A DNA stretch of 49,280 nucleotides. It comes from an uncultured Gammaproteobacteria bacterium (lineage in GTDB: Bacteria; Pseudomonadota; Gammaproteobacteria; UBA9214). The translations under genes and the position numbers were made by a program. Shown one piece after another: positions 10,359-21,893 of this stretch (the stretch's first letter is position 1; each line of letters starts with the position of its first letter). Under the pieces are notes generated by a model that searched no databases, was not told the DNA's origin, and was given only the letters and a program-made list of their open reading frames with translations. The DNA is taken from the NCBI GenBank assembly GCA_963773065.1, contig CAVYZN010000015.1:1-49280 (forward strand), read 5' to 3'.

Positions 10359-11354
10359 GTGATGGGACGACCAAGGAAAAACAAAAAGCACCTGCCGCCA
10401 CGAATGCAAGAAAAGCGTGGCGTGTACTACCACACACTTTTCATTGACGGGAAAGTAAAGTGGATTCGCCTCGCTGATAACTATGCGGATGCACTCAGAA
10501 TCTGGGCTGAACGCGAAGGCGCCTCACAGAAGACAGGGTCCACAGCCAACCACATGATTGACCGGTATGTGCTTGAGATACTGCCTAAGCTCGCCCTAAA
10601 GACCCAGGATGAACGGACCCGGCAGAGTAAGAAACTCAAGCAGGTGTTTGGACCCGTGCTCCTATCTGACGTCGAACCTCACCACATTGCCGCGTATCTT
10701 GATCAGCGGGAAAGCAAGGTAGCGGCGAATCGGGAAATCACCTTCCTGTCATCGATGTTCAGCTATGCCATGCGCTGGGGTTGGTGCAAATTCAACCCTT
10801 GTACCGGTGTTCGCAGAAATACCGAGAAGAAACGCACCCGGTATATTACTGACGAGGAACTGAAGTTATTAATGAGTGAGGCCAGCGAGCAAATGGCCTG
10901 CATTATCGAACTGGCATATCTGACTGCCATAAGGAAAAGCGACCTGCTTAAAATCCGGGTAAACGACCTACAAGCCGACGGTTTGCATGTGTTACCCACA
11001 AAGACACAAGACAGTACCGGACAGGTAATGATATTCAGCAACACACCGAGGCTGCTGGAGGTACTGAACCGTTCCAGGAAGTTACGTAGACGTGCATCGA
11101 GTATGTATCTCTTTGCCACCCAAGATGGCACGCCACATTCGACCAGCGGATTCAATTCAGCGTGGAAACGATTGAAGAATAAGGTGGGCCTTAGCGATAT
11201 CCACTTCCATGACATTCGGGCCAAGGCACTGACCGATGCCAAGCGAATGGCTGGATCAGATTATGCCCAAGCACTTGGAAATCATGCCTCAGTAGAGACA
11301 ACGGAAATCTATATAAAAACCCGCGAAGTGAACACTGTCAGGCCGTTATTTTAG
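10359..11354 (+). CDS. int: Tyrosine recombinase/phage integrase
   Basis: AYLTAIRKSDLL, HFHDIRAKA, LGNH...TTEIY catalytic residues. Confidence 0.95.
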   Translation: MMGRPRKNKKHLPPRMQEKRGVYYHTLFIDGKVKWIRLADNYADALRIWAEREGASQKTGSTANHMIDRYVLEILPKLALKTQDERTRQSKKLKQVFGPVLLSDVEPHHIAAYLDQRESKVAANREITFLSSMFSYAMRWGWCKFNPCTGVRRNTEKKRTRYITDEELKLLMSEASEQMACIIELAYLTAIRKSDLLKIRVNDLQADGLHVLPTKTQDSTGQVMIFSNTPRLLEVLNRSRKLRRRASSMYLFATQDGTPHSTSGFNSAWKRLKNKVGLSDIHFHDIRAKALTDAKRMAGSDYAQALGNHASVETTEIYIKTREVNTVRPLF

Positions 11355-11375
11355 ACAACGCGATTATTTTAGACA
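11346..11375. repeat. TTATTTTAGACA direct repeat, probable integrase arm sites
   Basis: Copies at 11346-11357 and 11364-11375. Confidence 0.55.
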
Positions 11376-11379
11376 GGAA

Positions 11380-12125
11380 TTAAAAGTAGTTGTGTGTATT
11401 TTTTGATTTGATGTTTTGGTTTTAAGGTGTAATTGTGTGATGGATAGTTTATATGAATGAGAAAGTTTTGTGAAGAATGTAAGAAAATGAGTATTGAATA
11501 ATGGGGGAGGAGCGGAAGAGGGAGTTTAGAGGAGTAGAAATTGAATTTGGGAAAACGTAGGAGGTGTGATAAAGTACGTGAGCGTGCAGAACGGAGGGGG
11601 GCGAGAAGGAGCGTAAGCGGAGGGAGGTGATGCTGGTAGGGTAGGGAAAGTGGGGGGAGTGCGCAAGAGGCGGAGTAGGAAGAAGGTGGGGGGAGTGTGA
11701 ACAGCAACGGGTAAAGGGAAGAAAAAGCAAAAAGGGAGCAACGGGGAAAAGGAGGAAAGAGGGGGGGGTAGGGGGGGAGAGAGCGGAGGGAAGGGAGAAG
11801 AGAGGCGAGCGGAAAAGAGGGGGGGGGGAAGGGGGAGGGGGGAGCGAAGGGGAAAGAGGGGGCGAGAAAGGGGGAGGGAAGAACGGGAGGGGGAGGGAGG
11901 GAGGGGGCGAAAGAAGAGGGGGGAGAGGAGCGGGAGAAGCGGAGGGAAGGAGGGAAGAGAAAAAGAGGAAAAGAGCGGGGGAAGGGGGGGGGGAGGCGAG
12001 GAGAAGCGGGGGTAAGAGGAAGAAAGAGGAGGAGGCAGGGAAGAGAGGGGGAGCGAGGGCGGAGAGGCGAGAAGGGGCGGGAGGGGGGGAGGGAGACGAA
12101 CAGAAAGAGGAGAGAAAATTATAAA
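11380..12125. other. C-depleted then almost purely G/A low-complexity tract
   Basis: Direct composition; non-periodic; no credible ORF. Confidence 0.9.
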
Positions 12126-12183
12126 GTTAAAAAATTAGATGTGTAGTGAAAAATCTAAAAATATTTCTAAGTGATTGATTAAA

Positions 12184-12260
<77 letters not shown>

Positions 12261-12309
12261 TTCAGAAAAGCTCGTGGATTATATACCCTTAATGCGGATG
12301 TTGCCTGTG

Positions 12310-12666
12310 CTACCGTTTGAGAAGCTGCAGGACATCCTCAAGCTCAAGGCGAACCTGGTGTACGATTTGCTGGCTCTGGGTGACATCTTCCTTAGCATCC
12401 TGTCCGGACATCTTCTGTCTGGCGCCACCAATCGTAAAACCCTGCTCATAGAGCAGGCTGCGAATCTGCCTTATCATCAGGACATCCTGACGCTGATAAT
12501 ATCGCCGGTTACCGCGCCGCTTGACGGGTTTTAGCTGTGGAAATTCCTGTTCCCAGTAACGCAGAACATGAGGTTTAACGCCGCATAGCTCGCTAACTTC
12601 ACCGATGGTGAAATAGCGCTTGCCGGGAATGACGGGGAGTTCGTTGTTATTGCTCGCTTCCAGCAT
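12310..12666 (-). CDS. MerR-family regulator (conserved after ihfA)
   Basis: [27 protein letters not shown]. Confidence 0.95.
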   Translation of the reverse strand: MLEASNNNELPVIPGKRYFTIGEVSELCGVKPHVLRYWEQEFPQLKPVKRRGNRRYYQRQDVLMIRQIRSLLYEQGFTIGGARQKMSGQDAKEDVTQSQQIVHQVRLELEDVLQLLKR

Positions 12667-12946
12667 AGGCCTCTACTCTAGCTTTAAGTTTCTGACCAGA
12701 CCTGAAAGTCACTACACGGCGTGCAGAAATGGGGATTTCTTCGCCGGTTTTAGGGTTACGACCCGGGCGCTGGTTCTTTTCGCGCAGGTCGAAATTTCCG
12801 AAACCGGACAATTTGACTTGCTGCCCGTTTTCAAGTGCGTAGCGGATTTCCTCGAAGAAAAGCTCCACCAGTTCCTTGGCTTCACGTTTATTAAGTCCAA
12901 GTTCGTCAAACAATTTTTCTGCCATGTCGGCTTTTGTTAGCGCCAT
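12647..12946 (-). CDS. ihfA: Integration host factor alpha
   Basis: [10 protein letters not shown]...VKLSGFGNF...[11 protein letters not shown]. Confidence 0.98.
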   Translation of the reverse strand: MALTKADMAEKLFDELGLNKREAKELVELFFEEIRYALENGQQVKLSGFGNFDLREKNQRPGRNPKTGEEIPISARRVVTFRSGQKLKARVEAYAGSEQ

Positions 12947-12949
12947 CAC

Positions 12950-15328
12950 TTACTCCCTCAAAGCTGCCCCGAACTTCTTATTGAGACCGTCTGTTACCCG
13001 GCTTACAATCAGTTCAACATCATCATCCGTTAGTGTGCGTGAAGAATCCTGTAGAATCAAGCCAAAAGCGATACTTTTTCGCCCAGTTTCTATACCTACC
13101 CCCTGATAGACATCGAATATGACCAGCCCCTTCAGACGTTCACCCGCCGCCCGTTGTATTTCCCGTTTCAACTTCACTGCCGACACATCCACATCGACCA
13201 CAACCGCAAGGTCACGGCGTATCGAAGGATAGCGGGACAATTCCTGGAATTGCACGAGCACCCCCTCCCGCACTGCCGCATACTCGAACTCATAAAGATA
13301 GGTATTGAGATCCAGCTCATATTGACCGGCAATTACCGGGTGAATCCTGCCCAGCCAGCCGATGTCACAGTCATCCCGCCGGATGAGCGCGGTTTGTCCC
13401 GGATGCAAGGCGGGATGTTCACCGCTGACAAACTGATACTCATCCGCCCGGCCCGAGAATGACAGGATAGTTTCGATATCATGCCGTACATCATAAAAAT
13501 CCACCGGGCCGCTCCTCCCATCCCAGTGCTCGGGATAGCAGTTGCCTGTCAGCACGCCGCCAAATACATAATCCTGTTTTATAACATCATCTTGCAAAAA
13601 GAATCTGAGACCATGCTCGAATAGGCGCAGACGGGTTGCCTGGCGATTGAGATTATAAAGCGCAGCCCTTAACAATCCAGGCCAGAGGCTGGTACGCATG
13701 ACCGACATTTCAGATGAGATCGGGTTTTCCAGTGCTATCGGCCGCAGGACAGGGTTCAATGCCCGCTGAAACTCCGGTTCGACGAAGCTGTAGGTGATCG
13801 CCTCCTGATACCCGAGATCCACCAGCACCTCGGCGATTCGGTCGATGGTAATGCCTGCCTCCGAACAGGCATGCATTTCCAACTCACCCACAGGCGCCCG
13901 TGACGGCAACCTGTCATAGCCATAAACACGACCGATTTCCTCAATCAGATCCGCTTCGAGTGCGATATCAAAACGGAAGGATGGTGGCGTAACCTGCCAG
14001 CCATCCGCGTAGCTGCTGACCTCCATCCCCAGCCTTCCAAGAATATCCATCACCGTACTCGCATCCGGTAACAGTCCCAGCACACGGTCAATGCGGTCTT
14101 TTCTCAGCGATATCGGCGTACGCTGCGGCAGATACTGTGGCGCAACAGCCTCGCTGACCGGCCCGGCCTTCCCGCCCGCAAGCTCCAGCAGCAATCCCGT
14201 GGCGCGCTGCACCGCACGAAACTGCAAACTGTAGTCCACACCACGTTCGAAGCGGTATGCCGAATCGGTATGCATGGCATATTTCCTGGCGCGCCCGGCA
14301 ATCACCTCGGGGGAGAAATACGCACACTCCAGAAATATGTCAGTGGTCGTATCCCGCACACCCGAATGGATACCACCCATGACACCGGCGATCGCGAGCG
14401 GTTTCTCATGGTCAGCGATAACCAACGTTTCAACATCCAGCGGCACTGTCCTCTCATCCAGCAAGGTCAGGTGTTCGCCTTCATACGCATAACGCACACA
14501 CACCCCGCCCGCAAGCTGCGCCAGGTCAAAGGCATGCATAGGTTGCCCCAGCTCCAGCAGGACATAATTGGTCACATCCACCACGGGGCCGATGCTGCGC
14601 AGACCGCTGCGCCGCAGACGTTCTTGCATCCACAGCGGGGTCGTTGCATGCGGATCGATGCCGCGGATAACGCGACCCAGGTAGCGCGGACAGGCCCCGG
14701 GCGCCCGCACTTCAATGGGGAGACTGTCCGGGATCGATGGCGGCACATCGACGATATCAACGGCCGTGACCGGGCTACGCGTGAGCGTACCAACCTCGCG
14801 TGCGAGCCCTTCAATGCCCAGGCAGTCGCCGCGGTTGGGGGTAAGGTCGATTTCAATCAGGGTATCATCCAGACCAAGCAAGGCCTTGATATCTTCGCCT
14901 GTCGGGGTTTCTGCGGGCAGTTCCATCAACCCCTGCTGATCATCACCCAGTCCAAGTTCACGGGCCGAACACAGCATGCCGTGTGATTCCACGCCCCGCA
15001 GCCTGGATTTCCTGATAGTGAGACCGCCCGGCAACCGGGCACCGACCAGCGCTAGCGGATACTTGCCGCCGACACGTACGTTGGGGGCACCGCAGACAAT
15101 TGGCAGCGCTTCGCCGCGTCCGGCATCTACCCTGCAAACACGCAGCTTGTCGGCATCGGGGTGCGCTTCAACAGACAAGACCTCTCCCACGACCAAACCC
15201 TCGATTCCGCAAACCACTGGCTCAACCGAATCGACTTCCAGACCCGACATGGTCAACTGTTCCACCAACTCTACAGTAGAAAGCGGTGGATCAACCCATT
15301 CGCGCAGCCATTTTTCGCTGAATTTCAT
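12950..15328 (-). CDS. pheT: Phenylalanyl-tRNA synthetase beta subunit
   Basis: MKFSEKWLREWV, LTPNRGDCL, RFERGVD; 792 aa. Confidence 0.99.
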   Translation of the reverse strand: MKFSEKWLREWVDPPLSTVELVEQLTMSGLEVDSVEPVVCGIEGLVVGEVLSVEAHPDADKLRVCRVDAGRGEALPIVCGAPNVRVGGKYPLALVGARLPGGLTIRKSRLRGVESHGMLCSARELGLGDDQQGLMELPAETPTGEDIKALLGLDDTLIEIDLTPNRGDCLGIEGLAREVGTLTRSPVTAVDIVDVPPSIPDSLPIEVRAPGACPRYLGRVIRGIDPHATTPLWMQERLRRSGLRSIGPVVDVTNYVLLELGQPMHAFDLAQLAGGVCVRYAYEGEHLTLLDERTVPLDVETLVIADHEKPLAIAGVMGGIHSGVRDTTTDIFLECAYFSPEVIAGRARKYAMHTDSAYRFERGVDYSLQFRAVQRATGLLLELAGGKAGPVSEAVAPQYLPQRTPISLRKDRIDRVLGLLPDASTVMDILGRLGMEVSSYADGWQVTPPSFRFDIALEADLIEEIGRVYGYDRLPSRAPVGELEMHACSEAGITIDRIAEVLVDLGYQEAITYSFVEPEFQRALNPVLRPIALENPISSEMSVMRTSLWPGLLRAALYNLNRQATRLRLFEHGLRFFLQDDVIKQDYVFGGVLTGNCYPEHWDGRSGPVDFYDVRHDIETILSFSGRADEYQFVSGEHPALHPGQTALIRRDDCDIGWLGRIHPVIAGQYELDLNTYLYEFEYAAVREGVLVQFQELSRYPSIRRDLAVVVDVDVSAVKLKREIQRAAGERLKGLVIFDVYQGVGIETGRKSIAFGLILQDSSRTLTDDDVELIVSRVTDGLNKKFGAALRE

Positions 15329-15375
15329 AAAGCCCCAGGTACGATTACAGCCAGTGCGTATGCTTCATATACATA

Positions 15376-15501
15376 CACCGCAGAGAAACACAGATTTCTG
15401 ATCAACTGATAACTGAATTCTCCGCGGTTTTTGTTAGTGGCCTTTATCATGGCGAGTCTTTTATCGCTTTTTAACACTGCGTCCTTTGCGTGTCGGCGGT
15501 G
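15376..15501. repeat. Degenerate CACCGCA...GCGGTG REP-like element between pheS and pheT
   Basis: Arms resemble those at 24.86/25.1 kb and 33.9-34.0 kb. Confidence 0.45.
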
Positions 15502-15514
15502 AAAAATATCCGGC

Positions 15515-16537
<1,023 letters not shown>

Positions 16538-16597
16538 TTATTCGCTCCTGATTCCTAACCCGGCAAAGATTTGGCGACCAACTCGGCAACTGCAACG

Positions 16598-16627
16598 AAA
16601 AGGGGAAAGGCATCCACCTTTCCCCTT
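16598..16627 (-). terminator. Terminator hairpin between rplT and pheS
   Basis: AAGGGGAAAGG/CCTTTCCCCTT stem with a short T run. Confidence 0.65.
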
Positions 16628-16670
16628 GTCTCTCTGGCCAGATTGACTGTTTGTCGTATACGGAAAGGTT

Positions 16671-17030
16671 TTATACCGATAGACCGGTTTTGGCCCTTGC
16701 AGCCAGTGCGCTGAACCCGGCCCTGTCAAAAACGGCGAGGTCGGCAAGCACCTTCCTGTCGATTCCGATTTTCGCCTTGTTGAGGCCATCGATCATGCGG
16801 CTGTAGGACAAACCGTTCGCGCGCGCGGCCGCGTTGATACGCGCAATCCACAGCGCCCGAAACTGGCGTTTGCGCTGGCGCCGGTCACGATAGGCATATT
16901 GCCCCGCCTTGATAACGGCCTGCTTGGCGACGCGATACACCCTGCGGCGCGCCGCATAGTAACCTTTTGCCTTGCCTAGTACCTTTTTGTGGCGGGCGCG
17001 GGCGGTGACGCCACGTTTTACTCTGGACAT
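16671..17030 (-). CDS. rplT: 50S ribosomal protein L20
   Basis: [16 protein letters not shown]...[12 protein letters not shown]. Confidence 0.99.
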   Translation of the reverse strand: MSRVKRGVTARARHKKVLGKAKGYYAARRRVYRVAKQAVIKAGQYAYRDRRQRKRQFRALWIARINAAARANGLSYSRMIDGLNKAKIGIDRKVLADLAVFDRAGFSALAARAKTGLSV

Positions 17031-17056
17031 TGCTTATTACTCCCGGATGAAACTGA

Positions 17057-17251
17057 TCAGCTGAAAGGCAGCATGCGGCGCACGGCGGCGACATCAGAGG
17101 CATGCACCTGTGCCGGAGAAACCAGCTGACGCTTACGCTTGCTGCTCTTCTTCGTCAGGATATGACGGTGATGCGACTGGCCGCGCTTGAAGCCACCGGC
17201 CGTCTTGGTGAAGCGCTTTGCCGCACCGCGATTGGATTTTAACTTTGGCAT
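17057..17251 (-). CDS. rpmI: 50S ribosomal protein L35
   Basis: [14 protein letters not shown]...HILTKK. Confidence 0.98.
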   Translation of the reverse strand: MPKLKSNRGAAKRFTKTAGGFKRGQSHHRHILTKKSSKRKRQLVSPAQVHASDVAAVRRMLPFS

Positions 17252-17299
17252 TTCTCTTTCTTCCCAAAAAAGTAATCTGTCATGTAGCTACAGGTCCTG

Positions 17300-17824
17300 T
17301 CACCTGCGTTTTTTCGGCGCCATCACCATGACCATCATACGTCCTTCCGACTTCGGTTCCTGCTCAACGACACCGAATTCATCGAGATCATGTTTCACAC
17401 GCTGCAGGAGTTCCATTCCCAGTTCCTGATGCGCCATCTCCCTGCCCCGAAATCGCAGGGTAACCTTGACCCTGTCACCTTCATCCAGAAATTCGGTCAA
17501 CTTGCGCAGCTTGATCCGGTAATCGCCGATATCCGTGCCCGGACGGAACTTGATCTCCTTGACCTGGATCTGCTTCTGTTTCTTCTTGGCTTGCTGAAGC
17601 TTTTTGCCTTCCTCAAATCGGAACTTGCCATAGTCCATGATCCGGCATACGGGCGGCTCGGCATTGGGCGCGATCTCGACTAGATCGAGCTTGGCCTCCT
17701 CGGCCAGACTGTTCGCCTTCTCAATGGAAACAATACCAAGTTGTTCACCGTCATAATTGACAACCCGTACCTCGGGCGCAGTAATGGTCTCGTTGACGCG
17801 ATGTTGCGGTTTTCTGGCAGTGAT
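17300..17824 (-). CDS. infC: Translation initiation factor IF-3, non-canonical ATC start
   Basis: Frame open upstream of MDYGKF ([13 protein letters not shown]...[17 protein letters not shown]); GGAGG then ATC at 17824. Confidence 0.93.
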   Translation of the reverse strand: MTARKPQHRVNETITAPEVRVVNYDGEQLGIVSIEKANSLAEEAKLDLVEIAPNAEPPVCRIMDYGKFRFEEGKKLQQAKKKQKQIQVKEIKFRPGTDIGDYRIKLRKLTEFLDEGDRVKVTLRFRGREMAHQELGMELLQRVKHDLDEFGVVEQEPKSEGRMMVMVMAPKKRR

Positions 17825-17827
17825 GCT

Positions 17828-19756
17828 CTAGCCCTCCAAAACAGTACGGCCGCGGCTCGCGATCTCGGCATCGAGCCCCTCACACAGCCTTTCCTGCTTC
17901 AGGGAGCCGAGGTCCTTACCCTCTCGCGTGCGCACGGCCACAGTACCGGTTTCCGTTTCCCGATCGCCAACCACCAGCAGATAGGGAACCCGTTGAATTG
18001 TGTGCTCGCGGATTTTAAAGCCGATCTTCTCATTTCTCAAGTCTGATTTGACGCGCAGACCCTTATTTATCAAGGAATCTTCAACTTCCCTTGCATATCC
18101 GGCCTGCCGGTCGGTGATATTGAGGACCACCGCCTGCACCGGGGAGAGCCACAGCGGGAGCGCCCCGGCATAATGCTCGATCAGGATACCGATAAAGCGC
18201 TCCAGTGAGCCGAGTATCGCACGGTGCAGCATGACCGGTACCTGTTTGCTGCCGTACTCATCGATGTAATGGGCCCCCAGCCGTCCCGGCATGGAGAAAT
18301 CCAGCTGTATGGTGCCCAGCTGCCAGACCCGGGCCAGGCAATCCCTGAGGTTGAATTCGATCTTGGGCCCGTAGAAGGCGCCTTCGCCCGGCTGCAGCTC
18401 CCACACCAATCCCTTGTGGTCCAGCGCCTCCTGCAGGGCCTTCTCGGCCTTGTCCCAAAGCACCTCCTCGCCCACGCGCTGCGCCGGACGTGTCGAGAGT
18501 TTCACGCTGATATCCGTGAATCCGAAGTCGGCATAAACCTCGAACAGCAGGTCGATGAAATCGGACACCTCGCCGAGGATCTGGCTTTCAGAACAGAATA
18601 TATGCGCGTCATCCTGCACAAAATTCCTTACCCGCATAAGCCCGTGCAGCGTGCCCGAGGGTTCGTTGCGGTGGCAGGAACCGAATTCCGCCAGGCGCAG
18701 GGGCAGATCGCGGTAGCTCTTCAGACCCTGGTTGTAGATCTGGATGTGGGCCGGGCAGTTCATGGGCTTGATGGCGAAATCACGGTGTTCGGAGTGGGTC
18801 GTGAAGATCATGTCGCCAAACTTGTCCCAGTGTCCCGATTTCTCCCACAGGCTGCGGTCAAGCACCTGCGGCGTGTGCACCTCCTGGTAGCCATGGCGTT
18901 TCAACATGCCACGAATGTAGTCCTGGATAACCAGATAGATCCGCCAGCCGTTGTCGTGCCAGAACACCATGCCCGGGGCTTCATCCTGGGTATGGAACAG
19001 GTCCATCGACTTGCCCAGTTTGCGGTGATCGCGCTTTTCAGCCTCTTGCAGGCGGTGCAGATACTCGTCCAGCTCCTTCTTGTCACGCCAGGCGGTACCG
19101 TAGATACGCTGCAGCATGGCGTTCCTGGAATCCCCCCGCCAGTAAGCTCCGGCCAGTTTCATCAGCTTGAACCCCTTGCCCAGCCTGCCAGTGCTCGGCA
19201 GGTGCGGCCCGCGGCACACATCGAACCACTCGCCCTGGCGGTAGACCGAGATGGCCTCGCCCTCCGGAATGGCCTTGATGATTTCCACCTTGTAATCCTC
19301 GCCGATTCCGGCAAAGACCCTGATTGCCTCATCCCGGCTCCAGACCTCGCGCCGGATGGGAAGATCGCGCTTGACGATCTCGTGCATGCGTTCCTCGATC
19401 ATCTTCAGGTCCTCGGGCGTGAACGGTTCCTCGCGGGCAAAATCGTAGTAGAAACCATCCTCGATGGCAGGACCGATCGTTACCTGGGTACCCGGGTAGA
19501 GTTCCTGCACGGCCTGGGCCATGACATGGGCGGCATCGTGGCGCATCAATTCGAGCGCCTCGTCATCCCGGGCGGTGATAATGGCAAGCCTGGCATCGGT
19601 GTCGATCACGAAACTACTATCGACTAGCGTCCCGTTGACCTTGCCGGCCAGGGCGGACCTGACGAGACCAGGGCCGATGGAAGCAGCGACGTCATGCACG
19701 CTAACGGGCCGACCGAACTCGCGGCGGCTGCCGTCCGGAAGGGTGATCGTGGGCAT
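17828..19756 (-). CDS. thrS: Threonyl-tRNA synthetase
   Basis: [16 protein letters not shown]-like [33 protein letters not shown]. Confidence 0.99.
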   Translation of the reverse strand: MPTITLPDGSRREFGRPVSVHDVAASIGPGLVRSALAGKVNGTLVDSSFVIDTDARLAIITARDDEALELMRHDAAHVMAQAVQELYPGTQVTIGPAIEDGFYYDFAREEPFTPEDLKMIEERMHEIVKRDLPIRREVWSRDEAIRVFAGIGEDYKVEIIKAIPEGEAISVYRQGEWFDVCRGPHLPSTGRLGKGFKLMKLAGAYWRGDSRNAMLQRIYGTAWRDKKELDEYLHRLQEAEKRDHRKLGKSMDLFHTQDEAPGMVFWHDNGWRIYLVIQDYIRGMLKRHGYQEVHTPQVLDRSLWEKSGHWDKFGDMIFTTHSEHRDFAIKPMNCPAHIQIYNQGLKSYRDLPLRLAEFGSCHRNEPSGTLHGLMRVRNFVQDDAHIFCSESQILGEVSDFIDLLFEVYADFGFTDISVKLSTRPAQRVGEEVLWDKAEKALQEALDHKGLVWELQPGEGAFYGPKIEFNLRDCLARVWQLGTIQLDFSMPGRLGAHYIDEYGSKQVPVMLHRAILGSLERFIGILIEHYAGALPLWLSPVQAVVLNITDRQAGYAREVEDSLINKGLRVKSDLRNEKIGFKIREHTIQRVPYLLVVGDRETETGTVAVRTREGKDLGSLKQERLCEGLDAEIASRGRTVLEG

Positions 19757-19804
19757 GATGCGGGTCTCCAGTGGTGACCGATACGAGGGGCCACTTGTCA
19801 AAAC

Positions 19805-19830
19805 AAAAAAGCATCGTTGGACGATGCTTT
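19805..19830 (-). terminator. Terminator of the former tRNA-Val
   Basis: AAAGCATCGT-cca-ACGATGCTTTTTT. Confidence 0.7.
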
Positions 19831-19845
19831 AAGGAAATGAGTCGT

Positions 19846-19887
19846 TAGGCGCGATTGGATTCGAACCAACGACCCCCACCATGTCAA
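19846..19887 (-). pseudogene. 3' half of tRNA-Val(GAC), att-site scar
   Basis: TTGACATGGTGGGGGTCGTTGGTTCGAATCCAATCGCGCCTA: anticodon loop, T arm and acceptor 3' strand; 5' half and CCA absent. Confidence 0.85.
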
Positions 19888-20106
19888 TCTAAAGGGCAGC
19901 ATTTTACCCCGTAAAAAAACATAACACAAACCGGCAGTATTCCCGTATTCCCGCAGTTTCATGCCAATAATGAACCCCACCCTCGCTTCCACCTGTAACA
20001 GCGAATAACATCATACATTGCGTAGGGATAATTATTAGCTCTGGGAGGGGGAACTCGTGTTGGAGGAAAATGGACGTGTGTCCCATACTCGGGTAGCAGC
20101 GGATTC

Positions 20107-20646
20107 ATGATCGTCCTGTTCAACAAGCCCTACCGGGTGCTGTCGCAGTTCACGACCGAGAGCGACAAGGCCGTGCTCGCGGACTATATCGATATCCCCG
20201 GCGTTTATTGCGCCGGCCGGCTGGATTATGACAGCGAGGGACTGCTGATCCTGACGGACGACGGCAGATTGCAGCAACGCATCGCCCATCCGGAATACGA
20301 CAAAGAGAAGGGATACTGGGTACAGGTCGAGGGTGTACCCGATGAACGCGATCTGGTAAAACTGCGCAAGGGAATTCTGCTCAAGGACGGAGTGACCCGT
20401 CCCGCCAGGGTCGAATTGATTCCCCCGCCCGAAATTTGGGCGCGTGAACCGCCGATCCGTGTACGCAGGAACATCCCAACCCGTTGGCTGGATCTGACCC
20501 TCACCGAGGGCCGCAACCGGCAGGTGCGACGCATGACGGCGCACATCGGTTACCCCACGCTGCGGTTGATACGTTACCGGGTGGGTGAATGGTCGCTGGA
20601 GGGCATTCCCGTCGGTGCCTGCCGGATCCTGGGGGCCGCCGGTTAA
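20107..20646 (+). CDS. rluE: rRNA pseudouridine synthase (RluE-like)
   Basis: FNKPYRVLSQF, AGRLDYDSEGL, EGRNRQVRRMTA. Confidence 0.9.
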   Translation: MIVLFNKPYRVLSQFTTESDKAVLADYIDIPGVYCAGRLDYDSEGLLILTDDGRLQQRIAHPEYDKEKGYWVQVEGVPDERDLVKLRKGILLKDGVTRPARVELIPPPEIWAREPPIRVRRNIPTRWLDLTLTEGRNRQVRRMTAHIGYPTLRLIRYRVGEWSLEGIPVGACRILGAAG

Positions 20647-20897
20647 AGAAAACAAGGAGGGAAACGTGAATAGTTTACTTTTTCCTGGTACGGTGAGGAC
20701 AGCCTGATGACCGGACACACCCTATGGACGGTAGAATAGCCCTTTGTTCCCGTCAGTTACCGGCAGACGGGAACAATGACCGATGTCATCCGGTCTTAAT
20801 GCACTGAGATTAGAATTCCTCATGAGTTAATATACTGCCTGTCCCGTCGAGGGACGGGGGACGCAAGGCGGATCCCAACGCGGAATTCAAGGAGTCG

Positions 20898-21836
20898 GTG
20901 ATGGCACTTTCATGGAAAGACAGTATCTATGTGCAGCGCGAGGAATTGGCGCACATCCTGCGTGAACCGCTGGCGCAACTGGCCGGAAAATGCGCGCCGG
21001 TCTGGGGTGACCGCAGCAAGCTGGACGAAGTCCTCCTGGAGGGTTTTGAGGACATTCCCCATTGCGCCGTCCTGTACGTTCTTGGGACGAACGGGGTGCA
21101 GATCTGCGACAACGTGGGAGCTTCCGGGCTGATGCCAGAGCACTTCGGACGCGACCGTTCCCAGCGCCCCTATATGAAAGAGGCGATTCCGCCCTGGGGT
21201 TTCCTGCTCTCGGATGCCTACATCAGCCTATACAATCAGCGGCCCTCGCTCACCGCGCTGCAGGTCGTACATTCGGATAACGGCGCACTGGGTTATCTCG
21301 GCGCGGATTTCGACCTGCGCAACCTGCCGGTGACCTCGGAGCTCTACGAGGAACCCGGCTACTGGCGACAGGTGAAGGGCGATCCGGCCATCCGGGGCGG
21401 ACTGTTCCAGCAGACCCGGGTCGAGAGCCCGATGGACCGCAACATCGAGAAGGCGCTGTCCATCCTGGAGGAATTACTGACGCAACGCGGCATCTTCCAG
21501 TGCCAGATCCACTTCTCCAGCAGTCAGGCGACGATCTGGGTGGCGGACGATCCGTTCCGCTATCGCATCCTCGATCCCGAAGCGTTGACGGACCCGGATA
21601 TCTGCCTGGTCTACCCCTTGCAGCCCTACCCGGACACTGCGCTGATCCCGCACGAGGACATCGGCGCGATCCTGGACACCATGCGTTCGCTGCGCATGAC
21701 CGACAATACCATCTATCTGCGCACCGCCTCGATCAATATCTTCAACGGCATGATCAGCCTTACCTTCTCCTGCGACGGTTCGCACTACATGCCCTATCTG
21801 GAGTTCCTGCTCAAGGACACCACCTTCTGGTTCTAG
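20898..21836 (+). CDS. Conserved protein with PDC/Cache-like N-terminal domain
   Basis: GRDRSQRPY, LSDAYIS...PSLTA, GYLGADFDL; AAGGAG RBS. Confidence 0.65.
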   Translation: MMALSWKDSIYVQREELAHILREPLAQLAGKCAPVWGDRSKLDEVLLEGFEDIPHCAVLYVLGTNGVQICDNVGASGLMPEHFGRDRSQRPYMKEAIPPWGFLLSDAYISLYNQRPSLTALQVVHSDNGALGYLGADFDLRNLPVTSELYEEPGYWRQVKGDPAIRGGLFQQTRVESPMDRNIEKALSILEELLTQRGIFQCQIHFSSSQATIWVADDPFRYRILDPEALTDPDICLVYPLQPYPDTALIPHEDIGAILDTMRSLRMTDNTIYLRTASINIFNGMISLTFSCDGSHYMPYLEFLLKDTTFWF

Positions 21837-21893
21837 CCCGCACCCGACGGGATGGCCCGGGCTGGCAGGCACCCGTGTACAAAGAGCAAAGGC

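Larger units (their letters stand above)
1..12183. mobile_element. End of an integrative conjugative element (PFGI-1/ICEclc-like backbone) adjacent to tRNA-Pro; continues beyond the left edge
   Basis: ParB-DUF2857-STY4528-like-TIGR03761-like-DUF3577-RadC gene order, plus a tyrosine integrase next to the tRNA 3' end. Confidence 0.85.

Noticed and set aside
11369-11741. Pro/Leu/Ser-rich minus-strand ORFs
   Set aside because: By-products of the low-complexity tract
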